Origin: an uncultured candidate division Zixibacteria bacterium
GTDB taxonomy: Bacteria; Zixibacteria; MSB-5A5; UBA10806; 4484-95
Direction: 5' to 3'
Assembly (NCBI GenBank): GCA_963668625.2
Contig: CAXXKA010000008.1
Span: 768,001-832,000, forward strand
Length of the DNA stretch: 64,000 nucleotides
A program made the translations under genes and the position numbers. Numbering within the stretch: the stretch's first letter is position 1; every line of letters starts with the position of its first letter. This document shows, in pieces, positions 46,846 to 57,147 of this stretch. Under the pieces are notes generated by a model that saw only the letters and a program-made list of their open reading frames with translations, was not told the origin of the DNA and made no database searches.

Positions 46846-48678
46846 ATGGAAGGAATAGGTTTGAAAACTAAACAAATAGCGATAAGCATATTGATCGTTA
46901 TCTTTCTCTCGGCTATACCTGTACAGGCCGACAATTTCATTCGGGCTTATACCACGTATAGCGGCACCTCGGATACGGTTGGAATGGCCGAGCATTTTCT
47001 TATTTTCGGTACCAAAATACCGATATTTTTACCTCCGTATACGTTTCACGTAGATATTCACCCTCTCACCGAGGGTAAATATAAAGCCAGGATCGACTGC
47101 TATGAATTGGCTCCCGGCTATAGAGATCATCATGAGGAAAAAGAGATAGAACCGGAGAAATGGCAGACAATCGAAGGACTGGAATCAAAAGGCCTCGAAT
47201 TCGATTTTCATTACATAATATTTAAAGATACCGTTGAAATATTCAACTATCTTGCCAAAGACAGCCTTACCACTTTCGAGTCGATCCATTATAAAGCCCG
47301 GATATGGAGAGGTACTTACGCCGATTATAAATGGGAGATGCGTAAAGGGTATCTCGAAAACACCTATAATTTCTATCGCAAGGATCATAAGGTAAAACGA
47401 GCGGGCAAGATGGATTTCTATGTTTACCCGAGTAGTTATAGCTCGCCGTTTATCAACAACCTGACAGGTTACGGCCTGGATATCCCCGGTAATTCGATTT
47501 TTACCGTATTCAACGAGGGATTCGATACCGCTCTGCCGCAATACGCACAGCTTTTCGTGATATATGAGAATCTGGGTTATTCCTCGCGAGCGCTGGCCGT
47601 TGGCTATTCGCGGTATTTCCTCGATGATATTTATCGCGCCAGGGCCTTCGTGTCCGGACTATCTCCGGCCGAGCTGAAAGCTCTACTCAATGATGAGTAC
47701 CCGTCAAACAGGCTGGATGCCGATATTGTGAGCGGTGCGTTCGTAAGGTTCCTGATCGAACTAAAAGGCGTGCCTACTTTCAAAACGCTGTATGAGAAAT
47801 CAAGGCCGGGCAATATCGCTACAAAAGATGTTTACGATATCAGTTTCGATGATATCGTTTCGATGTTTATCGAATATCAGCGAAACCTTCGTATGGATGA
47901 GCCAAACGCCGCTTATTTCAGCAATATCTATAACAGCCAGATGTGGTTCGATCAAGCATTGGAATATGATATCTGGCTCGGTTCGCAGCCGGTAAAAAAG
48001 GATTACCATCTCAAGAGCCTGGGCGCGACGCTGTTTCATGTAGGCGACTACGATGAATCTAAAAAAGCCTATACGGCATTCAACCAGAGAAACCCGGATA
48101 AGGATTTACCGAAATATCTTCTGGGGCTGGCTCTTTTGCGTACCGGTAAAACAAAACAGGCCATGCGTATGCTGGAACAAGCCTCCGATAGTATCTCGGA
48201 GGCCACCCTGATGCTGGGAGAAATCTACCTGGATAAAGGCGAAATCGATAAAGCGGAGACTTACATCCTGAAAGTATCCGAATATCCCGATTATTGGACC
48301 TCGCTCTTGAAAGCTCGCTTGGCATTCGCCGAGGGCAAAAATTCCATAGCCGTTGCGATTTTGAGAAAAGCTTTAGCTCAGAGCGAATCTATCACCTCCA
48401 ACCTGCCCGGTGAGGCGCGCGGATATATTTCAGCCGCCTATGGCTTCATGTTCAGCGGCAAATTCGAGGAGGCGGAATCGGAGCTTAACGTAGCCGTGTT
48501 CGTGGAAAACCGACCGTATTACCTGGGCTCATGCTACCTGGCTTTCGGCAGGCTTTACGACCTGGAGGGGCAGCGCGATAAAGCTAAGGCCTTCTACAAA
48601 AAAGTATCCGAGATCAAATCCAGCAAGTATGATATCTCGCTGGCCAAACAGTACATGAAGAAAGCATTCAAACTCTAA
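46846..48678 (+). CDS. Secreted TPR-repeat protein
   Basis: Signal peptide; C-terminal TPR helices (YLLGLAL, LGEIYL, FGRLYDLEG). Confidence 0.75.
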   Translation: MEGIGLKTKQIAISILIVIFLSAIPVQADNFIRAYTTYSGTSDTVGMAEHFLIFGTKIPIFLPPYTFHVDIHPLTEGKYKARIDCYELAPGYRDHHEEKEIEPEKWQTIEGLESKGLEFDFHYIIFKDTVEIFNYLAKDSLTTFESIHYKARIWRGTYADYKWEMRKGYLENTYNFYRKDHKVKRAGKMDFYVYPSSYSSPFINNLTGYGLDIPGNSIFTVFNEGFDTALPQYAQLFVIYENLGYSSRALAVGYSRYFLDDIYRARAFVSGLSPAELKALLNDEYPSNRLDADIVSGAFVRFLIELKGVPTFKTLYEKSRPGNIATKDVYDISFDDIVSMFIEYQRNLRMDEPNAAYFSNIYNSQMWFDQALEYDIWLGSQPVKKDYHLKSLGATLFHVGDYDESKKAYTAFNQRNPDKDLPKYLLGLALLRTGKTKQAMRMLEQASDSISEATLMLGEIYLDKGEIDKAETYILKVSEYPDYWTSLLKARLAFAEGKNSIAVAILRKALAQSESITSNLPGEARGYISAAYGFMFSGKFEEAESELNVAVFVENRPYYLGSCYLAFGRLYDLEGQRDKAKAFYKKVSEIKSSKYDISLAKQYMKKAFKL

Positions 48679-50759
48679 TGACATTTTTAAACTCGGTGTT
48701 TTTGGCGGCGCTGGCCGCCGTTGCCATCCCCCTATTAATACATTTTCTTTCCCGTAGACGGATAAAGATAGTTGATTTTTCCTCGCTTAAATTCCTGATG
48801 ACAATGCAGAAATCCAAGCTCAGATGGCTGAAAATCCTCGAGCTTCTGCTGCTCATTATCAGGATGATGATTATCGCACTGATTGCCCTGGCGTTCTCCC
48901 GTCCCGCACTTACCGGCAGGCATACAGCCAGTCATGCGCCGGCCTCGGTGGTGATACTCATTGATGATTCGCCGTCTCTCGATCGCCTTTCCGCGGGCGG
49001 CACTTTATTCGAGGATATCAAGCGGGGTGTTATCGAAATAGTCGATATGCTTAAGCCGGGGGATGAAGTCACGCTGATCGGCCTCTCGGGAGAGACCATC
49101 CAATATGGCCCCTACTCCGATTTCGATCGTGCCCATGAAACAATCAATGCCATGCAATCGGGTTTTTCGCCTGCCGACTATCGAGCGGGATTGACCAGGG
49201 TTAAAGAGATATTAGATAACAGCCATAACTTGAATCGTGAAGTGTATATATTTTCTGATTTCCAGAAAACACCGGACTGGGAAAACGATTTCAGCGATGT
49301 CATAGATAAAAACTATCGCTATTTCGCCTTGAAATATACAAGCGATAATAACGATAATATCGGCATAGATAATATCGAGTTTCCATCGCAATTACTTGCT
49401 CCGGGTGAGGAATTCGAGATAAAGGCTCGGTTAAAAAACTATAACGATAAGGCCGTAAAGGGACGGCTGGTAGAGATATTCATCGATGGTGAAAAGCGCG
49501 CCCAGACCAGTATAGACTTAAAACCTTACGGCAACATCGAAACGGCTTTCTCGATTATCCCCGAGCAGCCCGGCGACCATCATGGCTATTTCCAATTGGA
49601 GGATGACGAGTATGGCCCGGATAACAGATTCTTTTTCAATTTCAACATCCCCAGGAAAATAAACGTACTGGGCGTGGCCGAATCTCCTGCCGATGCCAGG
49701 ATGCTGTATAATATTCTGGGACGAACCGAGACCGGTTATATCGAATTTTCCGGGGTTAACATGTCGGGATTCAGCCAGAAAAACCTCGATCTCTACGATG
49801 TTATCATCCTTAACGATATCTCATCTCTTTCACCCGGTAATATCAATAATCTCTCGGCTTTCATGAAATCGGGCAAGGGATTGTTTATTCTTCTGGGGAG
49901 AAATAGCAATATAGATTCTTATCGTCAATTCTTAGAGGAAACAACCGGGATACTGGTCGAGAATCCTGTATTAAATCAACCGACAGGCTCGGAGTTGTCG
50001 TATTATCCTTTGAAACAGTTCGATTTGACCCATCCCATTTTTAGTATTTACTCCCCACAGCATCTGGAGACATCCGAAATACCCTCGCTTAAGCTGTATT
50101 CATACTATCCGCTTTCAGGAGGTAAGTCACTGGCTGATATCGACCGTTCCGGCTCGGTTCTGAATCTCTCGGACAATAGAGCGGTTATAGTCGCCGGCTT
50201 CAGCCTGGACATAAATAGCTCGGATATATCCGTACACTCTTTTATCGTGCCGTTCATGATAAGAACTACGGAGTATTTAGCCTCATCTCCCAATGCCGGG
50301 CAGGAATATTATCTATCCGGACAATCGGTCAATCTTAACCTGCCTGCCGACCTGGCAGCATCCTCGCTGAATTTAAATCGTCTACAAAATAAAAGTGAAT
50401 TGAACGATCATACCAATAGTGTCGATAATATCACCATTGAGGCGCTACGCGGAGCTTACGGAAGTTTCGTCAGTATACCACATGCAGGCTATCCCGGTTT
50501 CTACGTGCTATCGACTAAAACCGATACGGTTGCCATTTACTCGGTCAATCATGACAGCAGGGAGTCCGTGGCGGAAACACTTGATAGTAAGGGTATCAAA
50601 AACAGGCTGGGCGAGGATTTAGTATTTATCGAAAACCAGACTGATATATCGGAGACCGTCATGCAAGCAAAATTCGGATTCGAGTTATGGAAATATTGCA
50701 TTCTATTGGCTCTACTTTTACTGATTGCGGAATCGATTTTGGTACGTAAAGCCAGATAA
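48678..50759 (+). CDS. BatA-domain / vWA membrane protein
   Basis: MTFLN..FL..L..IPLLIH, LA..RP, DDSPS MIDAS, FSDFQ, ELWKY..ESIL. Confidence 0.88.
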   Translation: MTFLNSVFLAALAAVAIPLLIHFLSRRRIKIVDFSSLKFLMTMQKSKLRWLKILELLLLIIRMMIIALIALAFSRPALTGRHTASHAPASVVILIDDSPSLDRLSAGGTLFEDIKRGVIEIVDMLKPGDEVTLIGLSGETIQYGPYSDFDRAHETINAMQSGFSPADYRAGLTRVKEILDNSHNLNREVYIFSDFQKTPDWENDFSDVIDKNYRYFALKYTSDNNDNIGIDNIEFPSQLLAPGEEFEIKARLKNYNDKAVKGRLVEIFIDGEKRAQTSIDLKPYGNIETAFSIIPEQPGDHHGYFQLEDDEYGPDNRFFFNFNIPRKINVLGVAESPADARMLYNILGRTETGYIEFSGVNMSGFSQKNLDLYDVIILNDISSLSPGNINNLSAFMKSGKGLFILLGRNSNIDSYRQFLEETTGILVENPVLNQPTGSELSYYPLKQFDLTHPIFSIYSPQHLETSEIPSLKLYSYYPLSGGKSLADIDRSGSVLNLSDNRAVIVAGFSLDINSSDISVHSFIVPFMIRTTEYLASSPNAGQEYYLSGQSVNLNLPADLAASSLNLNRLQNKSELNDHTNSVDNITIEALRGAYGSFVSIPHAGYPGFYVLSTKTDTVAIYSVNHDSRESVAETLDSKGIKNRLGEDLVFIENQTDISETVMQAKFGFELWKYCILLALLLLIAESILVRKAR

Positions 50760-50922
50760 TACATTTAAATCATTAACCTATCAAGCAACCTCTAGTTTAT
50801 ATCTAACCATTTAATAGCTATAGTATTTTCGCCTTTCTACCGATTCAATAATAGTAGCTTGGGTTTGCTCCCCATGCTTCGTTGTTGGTATGGAAAAATG
50901 GTTTTGAAATAACGGGAGTACT

Positions 50923-53292
50923 ATGAAAAAAGTTATATTGGCACTGGTATTAATCACATGCACAGCCTCACCTGTCATGGCGCAGCTTACGCCCAATCAA
51001 CAGGAGCTACTCGATAAATATAAATCCCGATTTCAAAAAACAGGGGGCTCGAATGTCGAATCTTATAAAAGTCCTGAAATGTACGAGAATGATAACGATT
51101 CGCTTGATATTTTAGATAAGAAATACCATGACGAAAATCGATGGAAAAACAAATACGATCATCAACGAACCGATATAGCTCTCGATAGCCTTCGAAGAAT
51201 CGATAAGTTCGATCGAACCGATGAGGAGCAGCTAAAGCTGTTCGGTCATGATATTTTCGAAACCGATGATGAGGCTTTCAGGCCGGATATTCATAACATG
51301 CCGCCCGATGGATATAAGTTCGGACCGGGCGATAACATACTGGTAAATATCTGGGGACGGGTAGATCTGGAACTAACGTTGACAGTTGACCGCGAAGGAA
51401 AAGTATTCATTCCTAAGGTCGGCGATATTATCGCCGCCGGTATCACGCTCGATCAATTCGAAGATCGCCTCAATAAAAAGCTCAGCAAAGTATACTCCGA
51501 TTACAGTTTATCGGTAACCTACGGTAAACTTCGCCAGATAACGATATATGTTTTCGGCGAGGTGCAAAAACCCGGAGGATACACCGTTTCCTCATTAGCT
51601 AATCTTTTGAACGCTCTTTATTTGGCGGGAGGAACAACCGAAAAAGGCAGCCTGAGAAATATTCAGATAGTCCGCAATACCAGAGTCGCCGGTAGTTACG
51701 ATTTGTATGATTTGCTGTTGAGAGGCGATAACTCGGATGATCTAAAACTTCATAGCGGGGATGTGGTTTATGTGCCGATAGTCGGCCCGCTGGTTGCGAT
51801 CTCGGGAGAGGTACGCAGGCCGGCCATATACGAGCTTACCGGAGAGGAAATCGCAACCGAGGCTATAGAGCTTGCCGGTGGTTCGACCCCGGAGGCGTTT
51901 CTCCAGTCAATCAGCCTCGATCGCGTAAGTGTCAGCGATTCACGTATGTTGATGGATTTGAATTTGTCCGATTCATCCGCGTACGAGCAAAACAATATTC
52001 AGCTTCAGGACGGCGACAAGCTGACGGTATTTTCAATTTACGATTTTCATGAAAACCTGGTGCATCTCACCGGGCACGTTAAACATCCGGGATTGTTCGG
52101 TATCTCCGATAGCATGAGGGTATCCGATATACTGGATAACGGTGATCAGTTAAAAGAGAACGCCTATATCAAGCGAGCAGATCTTTATCGTTTCAATGAG
52201 GATGCCACTAAAACATTGATTCCCGTAGAGCTGGAAAAAATATTCAACGGCGATGACAAATGCGATATATTTTTAGAACCCCTAGACAGCCTGGTGGTTT
52301 ATTCGTACGATCATATCACCCGAAAGAAATATGTTTACATAAACGGCGAGATAAAAAATCCCGGTGAATACAACCTGTACAACACCATGCATCTCTCGGA
52401 CTTGATATTCCTGGCAGGCAATCTCACCAAACAGGCATATATGGTCAGATGTGAGATTGCCAGAGTCAACCTGAACTACAAGACAGATATTATAGAGATA
52501 AACCTGGAGGATATGTTTTTAAAAGGGGATTTTTCAAAAGATATCCTGCTGATCGAGGATGACCACGTATTCATACGTCAGGTACCAGATTGGCGGCCGG
52601 TACAGACTATCACTATCGAGGGCGAGGTAATGTTCCCCGGTGAATACGCCATACGCCACAAAGGCGAAAAACTTTCCGAGATGCTGGCGCGCGCCGGGGG
52701 CTTAACGCCGACCGCATTTCCCGAGGGCACTATCTATACCCGGAAAAGTATCGAGGGCCAGGTCGAACAGAGGAATATCAGGCAGATAATTCTTAACACA
52801 CAGGAATATCGACGCGATTCCCTGGGAAACGTCTCCTCGGACTATATGATAAAATTCAATCCCGAATTGCTCAACAGAATCGTCATCGATTTGCCCGAGG
52901 TTATCACTAATCCGAATTGTGTCGAGGATATCGCTGTGTCGGATTCGGACTATATCTACGTTCCCACATACCCCTCCGGTGTGCAGGTAATAGGCGCGGT
53001 AGCTTTCAACGGCACTATATCTTATATCGAGGGGGAAAAAGCGAAATACTACCTTAACCAGGCGGGAGGCTTGACACCGGATGGCGATAATAACGGGCTG
53101 AGGTTGGTTAAACCTAACGGCAAAACGTTTTATGGTCGCAAAGCTAAAAGTCAGAAAATTGAACTGGGGGATGCGCTGGTGGTACCATCCAAACTAAGGC
53201 AAAGAACCGATTGGGGTAAGGTACTGACGACTACAGCCACGATAATAAGCTCTATGGCGACGACAATCCTGGTCGTGGATCGTTTGAAGTGA
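50923..53292 (+). CDS. SLBB-repeat polysaccharide export protein (Wza/KpsD-like)
   Basis: Y.FGPGD, VDREG.V.IPKVG, repeated GEV..PG.Y...AGG SLBB units. Confidence 0.9.
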   Translation: MKKVILALVLITCTASPVMAQLTPNQQELLDKYKSRFQKTGGSNVESYKSPEMYENDNDSLDILDKKYHDENRWKNKYDHQRTDIALDSLRRIDKFDRTDEEQLKLFGHDIFETDDEAFRPDIHNMPPDGYKFGPGDNILVNIWGRVDLELTLTVDREGKVFIPKVGDIIAAGITLDQFEDRLNKKLSKVYSDYSLSVTYGKLRQITIYVFGEVQKPGGYTVSSLANLLNALYLAGGTTEKGSLRNIQIVRNTRVAGSYDLYDLLLRGDNSDDLKLHSGDVVYVPIVGPLVAISGEVRRPAIYELTGEEIATEAIELAGGSTPEAFLQSISLDRVSVSDSRMLMDLNLSDSSAYEQNNIQLQDGDKLTVFSIYDFHENLVHLTGHVKHPGLFGISDSMRVSDILDNGDQLKENAYIKRADLYRFNEDATKTLIPVELEKIFNGDDKCDIFLEPLDSLVVYSYDHITRKKYVYINGEIKNPGEYNLYNTMHLSDLIFLAGNLTKQAYMVRCEIARVNLNYKTDIIEINLEDMFLKGDFSKDILLIEDDHVFIRQVPDWRPVQTITIEGEVMFPGEYAIRHKGEKLSEMLARAGGLTPTAFPEGTIYTRKSIEGQVEQRNIRQIILNTQEYRRDSLGNVSSDYMIKFNPELLNRIVIDLPEVITNPNCVEDIAVSDSDYIYVPTYPSGVQVIGAVAFNGTISYIEGEKAKYYLNQAGGLTPDGDNNGLRLVKPNGKTFYGRKAKSQKIELGDALVVPSKLRQRTDWGKVLTTTATIISSMATTILVVDRLK

Positions 53293-53325
53293 TTAGCAAT
53301 CATCAAATTTAAAAACGAGGTAACA

Positions 53326-54477
53326 ATGGACAAAAAGCTGGTAAAAGTGTGTCCGCAGGTGATCGAACTTAAAGACCCGGAATTAAATTATTATGATATC
53401 ATATTATCCGGTGAAAATAGAACGCTTCTAAAACTGGATAATAACGAATCGACGCTTCCTCCCTCGGAGAAAGTTTTGAACTCTCTGAAGAAAACTATCG
53501 AGGGCGAAACACTGAACCATCACCCGGATTACAATATCGGTAAATTAAAAAGGAAACTATCTCACTACGCCGGTGTCAGCTTCAATTCGATAACCTGTTT
53601 CGGTAATGAGGCCTCGATGATCGAATCGATTGGCCATACTTACTTGAAACAAGGTCTGGACGCGCTCGCGACCTGGCCTAATGAAGGGCTGGTTTCACAT
53701 TATCTCTGTTCAACCGGCGCCCGGGTCATAAACTCCCAATTCGAGGATCCATTCAAACCACGCATAGAGGAGTTAATCTCCGGGATATCGAATAAAACAA
53801 GACTTATATATATCGGTAATCCCAACCCGATAACGGGATCATTATTTTCCGAGGCGGAACTCGTATTTTTACTTTCCTATGCCGAGAATATCATGATTGT
53901 CGTGGATGAAACCTATTTCGAGTATTCGGGATGCACCATTGCGGATATGATCGAAAGCTATCCTAACCTGATAGTAGTCAGATCGCTTTCCCGGGCATTC
54001 GCACTAGCCGGTATGGATATAAGCTATATAATGACCGATCCTGAAAATCTTAAATTTATCAATCGCTTGGCGATCGGGAAATATCCTAATATGCTTGCCA
54101 GAAACGCCGCTATGGCCGCGCTGGAGGATTCGAGACACCTGGAAAATACGATATACCAGATAAACGAGTCGAAAAAGATGCTTTACAGCGGACTTAATAT
54201 GCTGGGCTATGATTTTACGATCTCGCCGGCGAATTTCATTACATTGAAAGTAACCGAACCCGAAAAATTCACCCTGGCGATGGCCGAAAAAAATATATAT
54301 GTAAAACATCTGATAAAATATCACGGTTTCGAGAACCATATCAGGATTACTATCGGCACTCCTGACCAAACAGGTATTCTATTAGATATTCTCAGCCAAA
54401 TACGAACCGGGCCGGTTAAGAGTTCTCATAACAGGCTAAACAGGCTGACAGAACATCGGGCATTATCTAAAAGCTAA
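53326..54477 (+). CDS. HisC-like class I/II aminotransferase homologue lacking the PLP lysine
   Basis: KLDNNE, NPN..TG, VDETY, RITIG retained; RSLSRAFALAGMDIS replaces RTFSKA.GLAGLRIG. Confidence 0.8.
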   Translation: MDKKLVKVCPQVIELKDPELNYYDIILSGENRTLLKLDNNESTLPPSEKVLNSLKKTIEGETLNHHPDYNIGKLKRKLSHYAGVSFNSITCFGNEASMIESIGHTYLKQGLDALATWPNEGLVSHYLCSTGARVINSQFEDPFKPRIEELISGISNKTRLIYIGNPNPITGSLFSEAELVFLLSYAENIMIVVDETYFEYSGCTIADMIESYPNLIVVRSLSRAFALAGMDISYIMTDPENLKFINRLAIGKYPNMLARNAAMAALEDSRHLENTIYQINESKKMLYSGLNMLGYDFTISPANFITLKVTEPEKFTLAMAEKNIYVKHLIKYHGFENHIRITIGTPDQTGILLDILSQIRTGPVKSSHNRLNRLTEHRALSKS

Positions 54478-54642
54478 TTAGCTAAATAGCATATATGGAA
54501 AATGGAATCGAAAGCTGAAGCTTTAATGGATCGTTCATGCTTGTTAAACTAAGGAGTTATTTTAAAACATAATCTATCGGGATGATTAACTGTACCGAGA
54601 TAAGAATTACTGAAGTCAAGTTGACCGCATAGAGGAGAATTA

Positions 54643-56055
54643 GTGTTAAGAGAGCATCTTGATAGTTTGAGACGATTGTTGTTCGTTGCTTACATTTCCC
54701 TGGTGGTATTTTGCTACCATACTGCTCTATACATAGAATCGCAAATCCAATCCAATCCGTTTAATTATGATCGATTCGATGAGTTTTTACCCATCATCCT
54801 CATTATCTGGGGCTTCGTATTATATAACGCCAGAGACTGTTACTCGTTCAGATCAAAATCAATATTTCAGGTCGCCCGGACTGCTATACGGGCCTCATTA
54901 TTTGCCTCCTCGGTATATGTTTTGTACATATTTTTTATTGGATACTCGCAGTATAGCAAATTACAGACAGCCACTTTTCTTATTCTCTCGATGTTTTCCA
55001 TCCTGGCTATGAGGCTTTCGATTCATATGTTACTCGAATATATCCGTAGTCGGGGGTTCAACTACCAGACCGTCATAGTTGTAGGCCGGGGCAGGCGGGC
55101 CAAAGCATTCGCCGACAGGATATTCACGAATCAGCAATGGGGTTATAAAATCACTGGATTTCTATTCAGCGGCGTTAACAACCCGAGCGCATTATGGAGT
55201 TATCGTGATGTTCCGGCTATCGGTAACCTGAGCAACCTTCCCGAGATAATCAAATCCCAGCAGGTTGACTGGATCGTATTCGCGGTGGAAAATGCCGAGC
55301 TAAGTAAAATCGAACAGGCGGTGAAAGTATGCGATGAGATGGGTACCAGGGCGGCGGTTTTGACAGATCTATATCCCTCACGTTACGCAGATAAACGTAT
55401 CGAGGAATTTTTCGATTCACCGGTTCTGTTATTCGACTCACTACCAAATAGGGGCTTTTCCCTTGTAGTTAAAGAAGTTATAGATAAGGTTTTGGCCTTG
55501 TCGGGAATTGTCATTGTTTCACCATTACTCGTTATTACTTCAATAATAATAAAAGTTTTCTCGAAAGGGTCGATTTTATATAAACAGGAGCGGTTGGGTA
55601 TTAACGGCAGGAAATTTGAAATGTACAAATTCCGCACGATGATTCCCGATGCTGATTCGATTAAAGACGACTTATCGGAAAAAAACGAAATGGATGGGCC
55701 GGTGTTTAAGCTTAAGGAGGATCCTAGGGTTACGCCCGTTGGACGTTTATTAAGGAAAACCTCGATTGATGAGTTACCACAACTAATAAACGTTCTGAAA
55801 GGGGATATGTCTTTGGTCGGACCGCGACCACCGCTATCCAACGAGGTTGTACAATACGATCCCTGGCAGAGACGTCGTCTCTCCATGAAACCCGGGATCA
55901 CCTGCCTATGGCAAATCGGGGGGCGTAACAATATTAGTTTCAAGAAATGGATGGAGTTGGACTTGAAATATATTGATAATTGGTCGCTCTGGCTGGATAC
56001 TAAGATACTCGCCAAGACCATCCCCGCGGTACTCAGTCGCAAAGGCGCCAGATAG
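54643..56055 (+). CDS. Polyprenyl-phosphate sugar phosphotransferase (WcaJ/WbaP family)
   Basis: KFRTM, DPRVT.VG..LRKTSIDELPQL.NV.KGDMSLVGPRP, KPGIT. Confidence 0.95.
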   Translation: MLREHLDSLRRLLFVAYISLVVFCYHTALYIESQIQSNPFNYDRFDEFLPIILIIWGFVLYNARDCYSFRSKSIFQVARTAIRASLFASSVYVLYIFFIGYSQYSKLQTATFLILSMFSILAMRLSIHMLLEYIRSRGFNYQTVIVVGRGRRAKAFADRIFTNQQWGYKITGFLFSGVNNPSALWSYRDVPAIGNLSNLPEIIKSQQVDWIVFAVENAELSKIEQAVKVCDEMGTRAAVLTDLYPSRYADKRIEEFFDSPVLLFDSLPNRGFSLVVKEVIDKVLALSGIVIVSPLLVITSIIIKVFSKGSILYKQERLGINGRKFEMYKFRTMIPDADSIKDDLSEKNEMDGPVFKLKEDPRVTPVGRLLRKTSIDELPQLINVLKGDMSLVGPRPPLSNEVVQYDPWQRRRLSMKPGITCLWQIGGRNNISFKKWMELDLKYIDNWSLWLDTKILAKTIPAVLSRKGAR

Positions 56056-56064
56056 GAAATTTAA

Positions 56065-57138
56065 ATGAGCCAAATCCTGGTCGTAGATAACAATGAGCAT
56101 ATCACACGGATGTTTCAGGAGGTATTGTCTCGCGCCGGTAATGATATTACGGTGGCTGAAACAGGCCGGGAGGCGATGAGGTTAATCGATAACAATCGAT
56201 TCGATATCGCTTACGTGGACTTAGCCCTGGATGACACCAGTGGCTTGAATATCCTCTGCTACCTCAATAATAGAACGCCCGAAACGGTATCGGTGGTGAT
56301 ATCAGGTAAAACCAACATCGATTACGCTATCGAATCTATAAAAGCGGGCGCTTTTCGTTATATGAAAAAGCCTTTTGATGTGGACGATATTTTGGACGTT
56401 ACCGCCCAGGCTCGGGCGGAATACGAAAGACGAATTACATCTCTTTCCAGGGAAAGCGAACCCCTGGAGCCTCAACACTACGTGAAACTTCTTGGCGACC
56501 TGGTATTGATGATTCCAGCTATGCTGTTAGGTTTTTTAGTACAGCAGGAAATTTACTACTACCGTGAAATCCCGATATTTTGGGGCACGAAAGAGGTGAT
56601 CTATATCCTGGCTTCTTTCGCGTTCTGCTATTCGTTCATTTTTACCGCCTCATACGGCAAAGCCCTCAGATCGAACACATTTCATATTAATGAAATGATT
56701 AAATCGTACGGTTCCGTTTTTATATTGTTTGCCGCCATACTATTTTTCGTAACCGATTTCATTTACGGACGGCTGGTGCTGGTAACAGGTTTCGCTCTTG
56801 GCCTGCCTGCCCTATGGATAAGCAGGAAGGTACTGAGCAAACATCTCGGCAATTGGCTACTGGCCAGCAAGGAAGGCCCCAGAACGCTCAAGTTAAAGAG
56901 TATTCCACTTACGGAACCCTCCGAGGAAACCGAAACCCCGACTATATCCACGACTCTAAACAGCCCGAAGACAGAGCTGCCGGAGAATATCGAAAAGCAA
57001 CCGGCGGTCGATAAAAGAACCCCGCCCCCTACCGAAACGAGCGGTGATTGGGGAAGCCGTCTGATACGGGAATTCCGGGATAACAGGTTGAAAAAATTCG
57101 AAAAGCAGGAAAAACGTAAACCTGAAAAAGTGAAATAG
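56065..57138 (+). CDS. Receiver domain fused to a WcaJ-N-like 4-TM domain
   Basis: ILVVD, YVDL (phospho-Asp), ISG, KPF; then four TM helices with the D..(Y/F)...R.V pattern. Confidence 0.75.
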   Translation: MSQILVVDNNEHITRMFQEVLSRAGNDITVAETGREAMRLIDNNRFDIAYVDLALDDTSGLNILCYLNNRTPETVSVVISGKTNIDYAIESIKAGAFRYMKKPFDVDDILDVTAQARAEYERRITSLSRESEPLEPQHYVKLLGDLVLMIPAMLLGFLVQQEIYYYREIPIFWGTKEVIYILASFAFCYSFIFTASYGKALRSNTFHINEMIKSYGSVFILFAAILFFVTDFIYGRLVLVTGFALGLPALWISRKVLSKHLGNWLLASKEGPRTLKLKSIPLTEPSEETETPTISTTLNSPKTELPENIEKQPAVDKRTPPPTETSGDWGSRLIREFRDNRLKKFEKQEKRKPEKVK

Positions 57139-57147
57139 AAGTATTCG

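Noticed and set aside
55383-56042. 219-aa - strand ORF
   Set aside because: Antisense to the conserved sugar-transferase domain
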